From an uncultured Bacilli bacterium (GTDB lineage Bacteria > Bacillota_I > Bacilli_A > RF39 > UBA660), in assembly GCA_944363825.1 (NCBI GenBank), contig CALVVK010000002.1:1-40590 (forward strand): a DNA stretch of 40,590 nt, in the 5' to 3' direction. Each line of letters opens with the position of its first letter. Within the stretch, counting starts at the first letter, position 1. Position numbers and translations under genes: made by a program. This document shows, in pieces, positions 29,789-38,995 of the stretch. The notes under the pieces are model-generated. The model saw only the letters and a program-made list of their open reading frames with translations, was not told where the DNA came from and ran no database searches.

Positions 29789-32245
29789 TTAATCTTTGTC
29801 AATTTTAATACCTTGTTTTCTATCATTTAATACTTTAGTAATAAAATACAAATATTCTTTTTGGACATTATCAAAACTATATTTGGTTGCTGTTGCTCTA
29901 GCATTTTTAGATATTTTTTTCTTTTCTTTACTAGTTAAATTCAAATATTTTAATATCGTATCAGAATATTCTTCTAAATTTCTGTTGCTAATTAAATAAC
30001 CATTGCTAGCATTTAAAACATCCAACACTCCCTTAGCGCTATCAAAAGCAATACAAGGAATACCATAACTCATGGCTTCAATTACAACTAGGCCAAACGA
30101 TTCTTCAAAAGATGTCATTAAATATAAAGAACTATTGGCAAGATAATCCTTAATAAATGTATATTTTTTAAAGCCCCATAATTTAATGTTTTTTTCTAAG
30201 TGTTTTTCTTTAATTAATGCTTGTAAATTTTCTTTTTCGGGGCCATCTCCAAAAATATTTAGTTTAATTTCGGGATCTTTATTAACTACATCACTCATAA
30301 TAGTTATTAAATCATTAAACCCTTTAACCTTATCTAAGCGACCGATGGCAATTAAGTTCTTATTATTTAACTTACTAAGTTCACTATCCTTAGGATAATA
30401 ATTTAAAGCCAGGGGTATATATTGCATTTTAATATTTACTTTATCTTGATAAGAATCTAATAAATTTTTACTTACAGGCATAAAGTAAGCAATATTTTTA
30501 AGTTTATTAACCTTTTTAATATACTCATCACTTACATCATAAACATGTTGTTCACTTATTTTAATTACTTCTTTTCGCCCATATTTATTTAATAACTTAC
30601 TAAACTCATATCTAGTTGATATTATAATAGCAGCATCACTATTAATTAAATATTTAATTATTTTACTTTTTTTATTAAATAATATATAAATGGCTTTAAT
30701 TCCTTCTTTAAAAGTTTTAATTAATTTAAATTTTTTTAGACTATCTAAAAATTCTTTTTTATTAGAAACTGTATTCATTAAGTATTTGACATTTACTTTA
30801 GCATCTAACTTATAAGGTATTTGATAATCTTGTTTATATAAAGAGATTATTTCAACAGAATATTTTTGACTTAACATCGATGCGCGAGTTGCAATAGCAT
30901 TTTCTACTCCGCCATAGCCCATATGTAAGGCTAATATGGCTATTTTTTTATTGTTTAATTGGGGCTTAGAGAACGCTTTAAATTCATTAGCAAGAAACAT
31001 ACAATAAATAACGACATAAATGGCTACAGCGGGAGCCATAAAGACATGACCAGCAACGGAAGATATTCCTAAACTCATTAAGATCATCATTGCATAAAAG
31101 AAAATATTTTTATTCAGATGGAATTTTGATTTAATAAATAAATATAATAAAAAGATAAAAGGAATTAAAAATAATATTACAGCAATTACTCCTAGATGAT
31201 AAAATATATCTAAAATATCCATTTCAATTAATTTAGTTATGTTATCATTATTTATTTCGGCGTTATTATTAAAACCTAAACCAAATAAAAAGTTTTCTCT
31301 ATTAAAGTTTTCTAGATATATGTCATTAGTGTTTCTTAAGAAATAATTTCTTTGACTTAATAAGCGTAAGCCGTATTTTTTTATTTTAGTAAGTAGTGAA
31401 TCCCCAGGCAAGGTTTCACAATTAACACATTCATATATTTCCTCAGTTTGAGAAGGTGTGTCTAACACAGTAAAAAAATTTTTAATAGTATAACTACCTA
31501 AGTTTAGAGCAATAATAACTATAAATATTAAAAAGGCTGAAATAAATGGATTTTTTAAGATCTTTTTATTATGCAAATAAGTTATTATTAATAATATGAG
31601 TCCTGTTATTACTAAACCAAATAAAGTTACTTTTGTCCCTACATAACTTATTACTAATAAAATTGGGAGTATTCCTAAAAATAAATATTTTCTTTTATTA
31701 CTTATCAAAAGATAAGAAAAAGGAAATAATAATACCAATATTGTCGAAATTTCATTAGCGGCATAAAACCAACCGACCATACCATATAAACCATTTTCAT
31801 AAGTGTTAAAACTAGTTTTAGTTATAATTGGGACAATTAATAAAATGGTATAGACAATTATGGTATAAAGTATTAGTTTTTCTATTTTCTCTTTTTTAAA
31901 CGTAATATCATCAAATATACATAAAAAAGCAAAAAAACTAATAGGAAAGAACAAGAACTTTATTAAATAATTAAATTCATTAAAGATAATGTTAAAATCC
32001 CAGAATATTGGCTTAGTTAAAAGATAAGCAACTCCAAATATAAGGGCAATTATAATAAATATAGTACTAACTTTTTTATATTTTGACTTAGTAAAAAATA
32101 AAGTATAAATAACTAAGTATATTAGAAGTAATCCTTTTAAAACTCCGCCGATAGATAGCGATATATCGGTAAATCTAGCCATAATTGAACTACCTAAGTC
32201 AATAAATGGTAAAAGGAGAAATATAAAATAAACAAATTTTTGCAT
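29789..32245 (-). CDS. Fusion protein: N-terminal polytopic O-antigen polymerase/ligase-like (Wzy_C-like) membrane domain plus C-terminal GT4 (GT-B) glycosyltransferase
   Basis: 818 aa. Residues ~1-425 contain about 11-12 TM segments and a large loop ending IEMDILDIFYHLGVIAVILF, which resembles Wzy_C. Residues ~435-818 form a GT4 domain: LHMGYGGVENA, GRLDKVKGFNDLI, ESFGLVVIEAMSYGIPCIAFD. Confidence 0.75.
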   Translation of the reverse strand: MQKFVYFIFLLLPFIDLGSSIMARFTDISLSIGGVLKGLLLIYLVIYTLFFTKSKYKKVSTIFIIIALIFGVAYLLTKPIFWDFNIIFNEFNYLIKFLFFPISFFAFLCIFDDITFKKEKIEKLILYTIIVYTILLIVPIITKTSFNTYENGLYGMVGWFYAANEISTILVLLFPFSYLLISNKRKYLFLGILPILLVISYVGTKVTLFGLVITGLILLIITYLHNKKILKNPFISAFLIFIVIIALNLGSYTIKNFFTVLDTPSQTEEIYECVNCETLPGDSLLTKIKKYGLRLLSQRNYFLRNTNDIYLENFNRENFLFGLGFNNNAEINNDNITKLIEMDILDIFYHLGVIAVILFLIPFIFLLYLFIKSKFHLNKNIFFYAMMILMSLGISSVAGHVFMAPAVAIYVVIYCMFLANEFKAFSKPQLNNKKIAILALHMGYGGVENAIATRASMLSQKYSVEIISLYKQDYQIPYKLDAKVNVKYLMNTVSNKKEFLDSLKKFKLIKTFKEGIKAIYILFNKKSKIIKYLINSDAAIIISTRYEFSKLLNKYGRKEVIKISEQHVYDVSDEYIKKVNKLKNIAYFMPVSKNLLDSYQDKVNIKMQYIPLALNYYPKDSELSKLNNKNLIAIGRLDKVKGFNDLITIMSDVVNKDPEIKLNIFGDGPEKENLQALIKEKHLEKNIKLWGFKKYTFIKDYLANSSLYLMTSFEESFGLVVIEAMSYGIPCIAFDSAKGVLDVLNASNGYLISNRNLEEYSDTILKYLNLTSKEKKKISKNARATATKYSFDNVQKEYLYFITKVLNDRKQGIKIDKD

Positions 32246-32246
32246 T

Positions 32247-33221
32247 TTATTTTCTCCTTTCTATTTTATTGTATATAAAACAATAAGCTTTAGTTAATAT
32301 TTTACTAGATTTTACTCTTCTTTTCAACCATGAAAATTTTTTTAAATAAGTACATTTCCGCCATGTGGGGTCTAATTCATCTAAATAAAGAAAGGCTGCA
32401 TCAATAAATTGGTTACGCAGAGCTGAACTTTTAATATGGCGTTGGGCAATGGTATAATCTGTTAGGACCATTACTACTAAATTAGTCATTGCCTCTTTTA
32501 GATAGTCATATTTTTTTAAATCATTAACCATAATAGCAACTATTTTTAAAATATCAAACATTTTTTCATCTTTTGTTGTTGTTTGGCTATGTTCGTGAAT
32601 GACATAGTGGGCCAAAGATTCATCAATTTTGCCAATTTTTTGGGCACTTAGTAAAACTTTACAGACAAAGGGCGCATCTTCATATTTTAAGTTTTCGACA
32701 AAGCGATTATCTTTGTTTTTAAATAAACTTTTTTGATAAATTTTGTTACAAGGGCCAAGATTAATGAAATTTAAAATTTGGGGATTTTCTTTTAAAGATG
32801 CCGGGGCAAAGGAAGGAAATTTTATTTCCTTTAATACATTACCATGATTTTCATAATAATCACAAATAACAATATCACACTTAGCACTAGTGGCTAATTC
32901 ATACATTTTTTCACAAAAATTGGGCTCAATGTAATCATCAGAGTCAATAAAAGATAAATATTCACCTGTTGCTAAATCGATACCTAAATTACGGGTTTTA
33001 CCTATCCCTTCATTCTTTTTTGATATATATCTAATTCTATTGTCATGATATTTTTTTATAATGTTATCCGATTCATCAGTTGATCCATCATTAATAATAA
33101 TAATTTCAATATCCTTTAATGTTTGCTGTAATAAAGATTTCAAACATTTATCTAAGTAGGCTGCAGTATTATAAACTGGAACTATTATACTAATTTTTTT
33201 CATGGTTACCTCACTAAACAA
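32247..33221 (-). CDS. GT2 family glycosyltransferase
   Basis: Motifs are KISIIVPVYNTAAYLDKCLKSLLQQT, INDGSTDES and the DxD motif FIDSDD. The likely true start is the internal Met at 33201-33203 (MKKISIIV). Confidence 0.9.
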   Translation of the reverse strand: MFSEVTMKKISIIVPVYNTAAYLDKCLKSLLQQTLKDIEIIIINDGSTDESDNIIKKYHDNRIRYISKKNEGIGKTRNLGIDLATGEYLSFIDSDDYIEPNFCEKMYELATSAKCDIVICDYYENHGNVLKEIKFPSFAPASLKENPQILNFINLGPCNKIYQKSLFKNKDNRFVENLKYEDAPFVCKVLLSAQKIGKIDESLAHYVIHEHSQTTTKDEKMFDILKIVAIMVNDLKKYDYLKEAMTNLVVMVLTDYTIAQRHIKSSALRNQFIDAAFLYLDELDPTWRKCTYLKKFSWLKRRVKSSKILTKAYCFIYNKIERRK

Positions 33222-34135
33222 TGATAAAAGAAATACGCATTAGTCTTAATCAAAAAATTTTTAATTCGCACTTTGATATTGCCGCCGTGGAGATGTTCAA
33301 AACACTTATTTTCTTTTAATATTTTCCGGTATTTTTTAAAGTCTTGATATTCTAGTCTTGTCGAATAATAAATTAAAGAATTATTGATAAATGTTATTAT
33401 TAAGTCATTGTTGGGGATGTCTTTTAATTGTTCTTTTAAAAATACTGCTTGGCGTAACATATCATCCATTTTTTTTATTTTCTTTTTATAATCATTATTA
33501 TTTATTAAACTATTTTCTCTAATTACATAATTATAACCAATATAACTTAGGGACTTTACCCTTTTAGCCTTAGCAATTATTAAGGGGATTAAGCCATAAT
33601 CTTCGGCGATACAGCCTACCATGAATTTAAAGTTATTTTTTTTATAAAAATTGGCATTGTAACAGTAACTCCAAGCATTTTCTATATAATGGTATTTAAA
33701 TATTTTATTGAATGCTTCTATTCCGGTGGTGGTTTTAAATTCTTTTTCAGGATGAGTTATTTTTTGGCTACCGACAATATCGGTAACTTGGAATCTGATT
33801 AAATCAGGAGTATCATCTAAATTATTATTTAATACTTCAAGTAGACCTATATTAAAGTAGTCATCACCATCTAAAAATAATAAATATTCACCAACTGCGG
33901 CATCTACTCCCAGGTTTCTTGCTTGACTAAGACCAGTTTTTTCTCTATAAATTTTAGAAAATTTTGGATATTTTTTGACATACTTATCAACTATAGTCTC
34001 ACTATTATCACTACATTTATCACAGACAATAATTACTTCATAATTTTGATAAGTTTGTTCAACAACGCTATCTAAACACTTTTCTAAATACTTTTCAACA
34101 TTATAAACAGGTATTATTATACTAAACTTTGGCAT
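33206..34135 (-). CDS. GT2 family glycosyltransferase
   Basis: 309 aa with FSIIIPVYNVEKYLEKCLDSVVEQT and the DxD motif FLDGDD. Confidence 0.9.
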   Translation of the reverse strand: MPKFSIIIPVYNVEKYLEKCLDSVVEQTYQNYEVIIVCDKCSDNSETIVDKYVKKYPKFSKIYREKTGLSQARNLGVDAAVGEYLLFLDGDDYFNIGLLEVLNNNLDDTPDLIRFQVTDIVGSQKITHPEKEFKTTTGIEAFNKIFKYHYIENAWSYCYNANFYKKNNFKFMVGCIAEDYGLIPLIIAKAKRVKSLSYIGYNYVIRENSLINNNDYKKKIKKMDDMLRQAVFLKEQLKDIPNNDLIITFINNSLIYYSTRLEYQDFKKYRKILKENKCFEHLHGGNIKVRIKNFLIKTNAYFFYHCLVR

Positions 34136-34136
34136 T

Positions 34137-36095
34137 TTATTTTCTCCATAAATAGTGGTATATTCTCTTTATAACACGAATAAAATATAAATAACTTCTT
34201 TTTATTATATTTGTTCTTTTTATTTTATTAATATTTTTATATATTTTAGTTTTATCTAAGTTTAATAAAGATATATCGGCATTACTGAGAATACTATTAA
34301 CTTCGTTTTGAATTTCTTTATATTCACTTTTTTTTCTTTTTACATATGGCTTTATATCGGAAATTACATAATTAATAAAATGTTGATATTCAAAAGCATA
34401 ATGTGTTGGTAAATTATTACTTTTATATAATTTTAATAATTTTTTTATAGATTTTAATGTATCTTTTATTTTATTCAATGTAATTACTTTGGGCTTATTT
34501 GTTTGTCGGTAGAGATAAATTATATCTGGTATACCATAAAATTCTTTGGCTTTCAATAAAACTGTTGCTAAAAAAATAGGATCTTCATAATTCCTATAAT
34601 TAGGAAAACAAATTTTTTCTTTTACCAAAAATTCCTTCTCGTAAATAAACCTAGTAAATCCCCATGATGGCCAAACATCATATTGTTCAAAATTTAATTT
34701 TTTTTCCTCTTTTATATTATAACCATTATATTTTGTTACAATATGATTACTTTCAAAATTGTCAGGAATAACTCCAATATTTCCACAAACTACATGCATA
34801 TGATATTTACTAATAATTTTATATAAATTCATTAAAGTATCATCCGAGTAATAAAGATCGTCTGGATCTAAAAACATTATATATTTTCCAGAAGCATTTT
34901 TTAATCCAACATTTCTTGAAAAACCTGCCCCCATATTTTTTTCATTATATAAAATTTTTATTCTTTTATCAAAAAGTGCATAATTCACCATAATATTATT
35001 TGAATTATCTGTGCTACAATCATTAACAATTATTATCTCTATTTCAGATAAAGTTTGATTAAGCAAAGAGTTTAAGCAAAAAGCAATATATTTTTCGACA
35101 TTATAGACAGGAATTATAATGCTTATTTTATTTTCTGTTGTGATTTCATGCTCTTTAACATCTAATTTATAATTCATTTTTTTTAACAAATTATAAAATT
35201 GATTTTCTTTAAAATTGGATTTGATCATTTCTAAAAACAACAATTTATGTTTTTCTAGTAGATTAAGACGCCATAAAAATTCATTATACATATAATTTTC
35301 AAATTGTTGATAAAATTCCGCAGGCAATTTATTATCAATAATATCTTTTTCTATAATTTTCATTATCTTAACAATATCCAAAACGTTTTGATTATCATAA
35401 TTTGATGCTTGTAATGAATTGCTTCTATTAATTCGGTAATATAAAAGTTTTTGGTCAATTATGGAAATAGAATTAGCCAATATAATACTTTTATAATAAA
35501 AAGGATTATCTTCATATCTAAGGTTTTCAGGAAATCTTATTTTATGTTTTTCTAAAAAAGATCTTCTATATAATTTATTCCATGCTACCACTATTGCATT
35601 CTCTGATATAAATTCTTTTGGTGTTAAATTATTACAAGAAAAAGTTTTTCCGATAAATTTTTTGCTAAAATTTAAGTTACTTCCCCATGCATCTTTTACT
35701 ATTTTTTGCTTTGATTCATCATAAGAGTAAAAGGGAAACATTACCATATCACTATTGTCTTTTTCTATTTTATTTAACAATAACTCAAAGGCTTGACTAC
35801 AAATCCAATCATCACTATCTAAGAAAAAAATGTAATCACCTACACTTTTTTCTATTCCTATATTACGTGCACCGCCAAGTCCACCTTTATCTTGCAAAAA
35901 CAATTTTATTCTCTTGTCTTTCGCCATAAATTTTTTTATTAATTTTAATGAATTGTCTTTTGATTGTTTGTATATTATAATTATTTCAAAATTATTAAAG
36001 GTTTGTTGAATTACACTATTTAAACATTTTTCTAAATATTTTTCTGTAGCATAAACTGGAATTATTACTGAAATTTTTTTTATTGCAATCACCAC
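34137..36095 (-). CDS. Bifunctional glycosyltransferase with two tandem GT2 domains
   Basis: 652 aa. Domain 1 has ISVIIPVYATEKYLEKCLNSVIQQT...FLDSDD. Domain 2 has ISIIIPVYNVEKYIAFCLNSLLNQT...VNDCSTDNS...FLDPDD. Confidence 0.9.
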   Translation of the reverse strand: MVIAIKKISVIIPVYATEKYLEKCLNSVIQQTFNNFEIIIIYKQSKDNSLKLIKKFMAKDKRIKLFLQDKGGLGGARNIGIEKSVGDYIFFLDSDDWICSQAFELLLNKIEKDNSDMVMFPFYSYDESKQKIVKDAWGSNLNFSKKFIGKTFSCNNLTPKEFISENAIVVAWNKLYRRSFLEKHKIRFPENLRYEDNPFYYKSIILANSISIIDQKLLYYRINRSNSLQASNYDNQNVLDIVKIMKIIEKDIIDNKLPAEFYQQFENYMYNEFLWRLNLLEKHKLLFLEMIKSNFKENQFYNLLKKMNYKLDVKEHEITTENKISIIIPVYNVEKYIAFCLNSLLNQTLSEIEIIIVNDCSTDNSNNIMVNYALFDKRIKILYNEKNMGAGFSRNVGLKNASGKYIMFLDPDDLYYSDDTLMNLYKIISKYHMHVVCGNIGVIPDNFESNHIVTKYNGYNIKEEKKLNFEQYDVWPSWGFTRFIYEKEFLVKEKICFPNYRNYEDPIFLATVLLKAKEFYGIPDIIYLYRQTNKPKVITLNKIKDTLKSIKKLLKLYKSNNLPTHYAFEYQHFINYVISDIKPYVKRKKSEYKEIQNEVNSILSNADISLLNLDKTKIYKNINKIKRTNIIKRSYLYFIRVIKRIYHYLWRK

Positions 36096-36100
36096 ACTTC

Positions 36101-38995
36101 TTATTTTTTATCAATTTTTTTCAATATTTTTTCTATTTTTTTATTGTTACTTTCAATATTATTTAATTTATTTTCTATAAAATTATAATATTCATAATTT
36201 GCTTCTTTAACAATATTAATCATTCTATATTTCATTTTAGTATAAAGCGGTCTAAATATTTTAATAATTATTCTTTTTATTATATTTCTTTTAACATTTA
36301 CTGTAGGTTGCGATGAAATGTTCGAAGACACTTGTTTATATTTAAAGTTTGATGTTTCATTTATGTATCTTATCCACAAATCGAACAAATTACAATATTT
36401 TGAATCTTTAAAATTCAATTCATCTTCAAATCTAAATACTTTAAATATTTCAGCATCTTTTATACTAGGAGAATAATAAAATTTCTCTAACATCTCATTC
36501 AATTCATACTCTTTAACAATAAAATTATATTTTTTAAATTTTTTGGCATATAACGCTATAATATTTAAACAACTTTTTTGAATATTATTAATAGTGGCTA
36601 ACTCTAAATTATCAAATTTTATTTTTTCAAATTCATATTCTTGTTTTTCAAAGTTATATTTAACACAAGTAGCATCTGCTTTACTAAATATATATTCCCT
36701 TATGCTACCAGAAATTTTTGGCAAGTATTCTATCAATGTTGTTATTGAAAATCCTTCCTTATTTGCTCTATTATAAGGCAAATCGCCTTTAGAATGAATA
36801 TAAATAGAATCCAATGGATAACCTAATAAATTAGACATTATACTTTCTGTTCTTCCACTATATCCAACATCAATTAGTACATTAGATTGCGTAATTAAGT
36901 TTTTATAATACATATAATTTTCTTTTGTATATTTTTGACTTTTATTTTCATCAAAATGTTTTATTAAAATATCTCTAATAAATCTCTCTAACTCTTTATT
37001 ATCGTTAAAATAATCAAAGTATGAAAAATCTAAACTTTCACAAAGTTTTTTGTACTCTTTTTCATCAATGTCTAAATGCATATAGAAAAATCCATATATT
37101 CTTTCTGGAGTTAATAAGATGTCTTGTTTAGAAAATTTTAATGACCAAAAATCTTCTTTAGTCTTTATGGATAATGGAATCAACAATTTCCTGGACATAT
37201 ATAAATAATTTATATTATCTTTTTCTTCAGGATATAACAATTTATACGCTTCCATTAACAAATAACCATCTCTTGAAGCGAAATGTAACTTATTATACTT
37301 TTTTTCTTTAACGATTTTATGAATTTTATTTAAAAAACCAAAAACAGCTAAGGCAACAGGAATTGTACCAATGATATTGGAAGAACCATTATAAAATGAA
37401 TCGTCATAATTATTAAAATAAGGATAATCATATAATTCATTAATTATAGTTGCCATAATACATTTATTTCCAATAAAATCCATAGAATCATATGTCATAT
37501 AGTTTTTATCTATATTATTTTCATTAAAATTTTGATACCAATTACTATTTTCGGTTAAAAATAGTATCGGAGGTAACCATCCTACATTTATTTCCATATT
37601 TTGAGGAACATTAATATCTGAATTCATATTATCCCCGATATGTAACATTTCGTTTGGCAAAATTTTCAAATCCATTAATACTTTCTTAAAAGCATTGCCA
37701 GTGTGTTTTAATCTTTTAGTTTTAGAAGATATATAAATTTTAAAGAACTCATAATTATTCTTTTTTAAAATTGAATTAATAGTTTCTTCGTTGAGATATA
37801 TATCAGAAATCAAAATTATTTTTTTATTTAAATACTTTGATAAACTATATAATTCAAATCCGCTTTCTCTTTTATTACAATGTTCTATTTCTAATTGTTC
37901 TTCTAATAATTTTATATTATTAAGCAAGTTAGTTTCTATACAATATTTTTTCTTTATTTTATTATATATATCATTAATAGTTACTTCTTCAGTTGGAAAT
38001 TTAAGTTCTGATCTACATTCATTTTCCGCATTTATTCTCATTTGTGAAAAATACAAATAATTTCTATTATTAGTATGCTTATTAAAATAATCATCAAGCA
38101 TTACAAATAAATCTGTGGGGCGAAATAAATCTCTTTTTATTAAAGTATCAAACAAATCAAAACTTATATATTTTATATTATCATCCATTATCTTTCTTTT
38201 GATATTTAAATAATCATAAAAATAGTTGTCAACTTCTTTTAAATTTGAATTATAATAATTAACTTCTTCTTTAATAAATTTTAATCCTTCATCTAATTCT
38301 ATTTGATTTGAATCTATCAAATATTTCCAAGCGTAAATAGAATCACTACTTACATTTACTAGTTTATTATTTATAAAATAATTTGCAAATTCTGAGTTTA
38401 CTTCTATACTTTCTATGTCAGTATAATGGAAAAATGTATTTTTACAAATTTTTATTTTTTTTGCAAATTCAAATATTGAAATTAATATTTCAAACGGACA
38501 AATATTTACTTTCTTACTTTTTAAACTATCTAAAATTATTTTTTTATCAAAAATTTTATTGTATAAAGACCAATATTCAAGTCCCAAATATCCATAATTT
38601 AAAAATTCATTGTAATCTATATGGTTTTTATTTTCGTAAACAAATGGGCTTTTATTAAAATAATATATTTTCTCCTTAGTTGTATATAAAATATTTCCAA
38701 TTTTTATATCAGCATCCATATCAACTAAAATTCGTGAACTATCCAATTCAGGATAAGCATAGTCACTTAAAAAATATATATTGTCATAATCACAAATTTC
38801 GATTACTTCTTTCCACTTTGTATTATCTGTACATTTTAAATATTTTATTTTTTTTTGTTCTTTTTTAGTTATTTCCGGATAATGCAAAACTATTAATTGA
38901 CTATCTTTTATACTTTGAGCAGAAAACCTCTCAATAACCTCATTTAAATAATTTTCATTGCTATATTGATAAATAGCAGTTATTCCTTTTTTCAT
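36101..38995 (-). CDS. Large multidomain protein: degenerate GT2-like N-terminus, central HAD-superfamily (COG5610-like) hydrolase domain and an uncharacterised ~450-aa C-terminal region
   Basis: 964 aa. The N-terminus (ITAIYQYSNENYLNEVIERFSAQS) resembles a GT2 start but has no clear DxD motif. HAD-like motifs are ISFDLFDTLIKR and HIGDNMNSDI. The C-terminal half has no recognisable motif. Confidence 0.65.
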   Translation of the reverse strand: MKKGITAIYQYSNENYLNEVIERFSAQSIKDSQLIVLHYPEITKKEQKKIKYLKCTDNTKWKEVIEICDYDNIYFLSDYAYPELDSSRILVDMDADIKIGNILYTTKEKIYYFNKSPFVYENKNHIDYNEFLNYGYLGLEYWSLYNKIFDKKIILDSLKSKKVNICPFEILISIFEFAKKIKICKNTFFHYTDIESIEVNSEFANYFINNKLVNVSSDSIYAWKYLIDSNQIELDEGLKFIKEEVNYYNSNLKEVDNYFYDYLNIKRKIMDDNIKYISFDLFDTLIKRDLFRPTDLFVMLDDYFNKHTNNRNYLYFSQMRINAENECRSELKFPTEEVTINDIYNKIKKKYCIETNLLNNIKLLEEQLEIEHCNKRESGFELYSLSKYLNKKIILISDIYLNEETINSILKKNNYEFFKIYISSKTKRLKHTGNAFKKVLMDLKILPNEMLHIGDNMNSDINVPQNMEINVGWLPPILFLTENSNWYQNFNENNIDKNYMTYDSMDFIGNKCIMATIINELYDYPYFNNYDDSFYNGSSNIIGTIPVALAVFGFLNKIHKIVKEKKYNKLHFASRDGYLLMEAYKLLYPEEKDNINYLYMSRKLLIPLSIKTKEDFWSLKFSKQDILLTPERIYGFFYMHLDIDEKEYKKLCESLDFSYFDYFNDNKELERFIRDILIKHFDENKSQKYTKENYMYYKNLITQSNVLIDVGYSGRTESIMSNLLGYPLDSIYIHSKGDLPYNRANKEGFSITTLIEYLPKISGSIREYIFSKADATCVKYNFEKQEYEFEKIKFDNLELATINNIQKSCLNIIALYAKKFKKYNFIVKEYELNEMLEKFYYSPSIKDAEIFKVFRFEDELNFKDSKYCNLFDLWIRYINETSNFKYKQVSSNISSQPTVNVKRNIIKRIIIKIFRPLYTKMKYRMINIVKEANYEYYNFIENKLNNIESNNKKIEKILKKIDKK

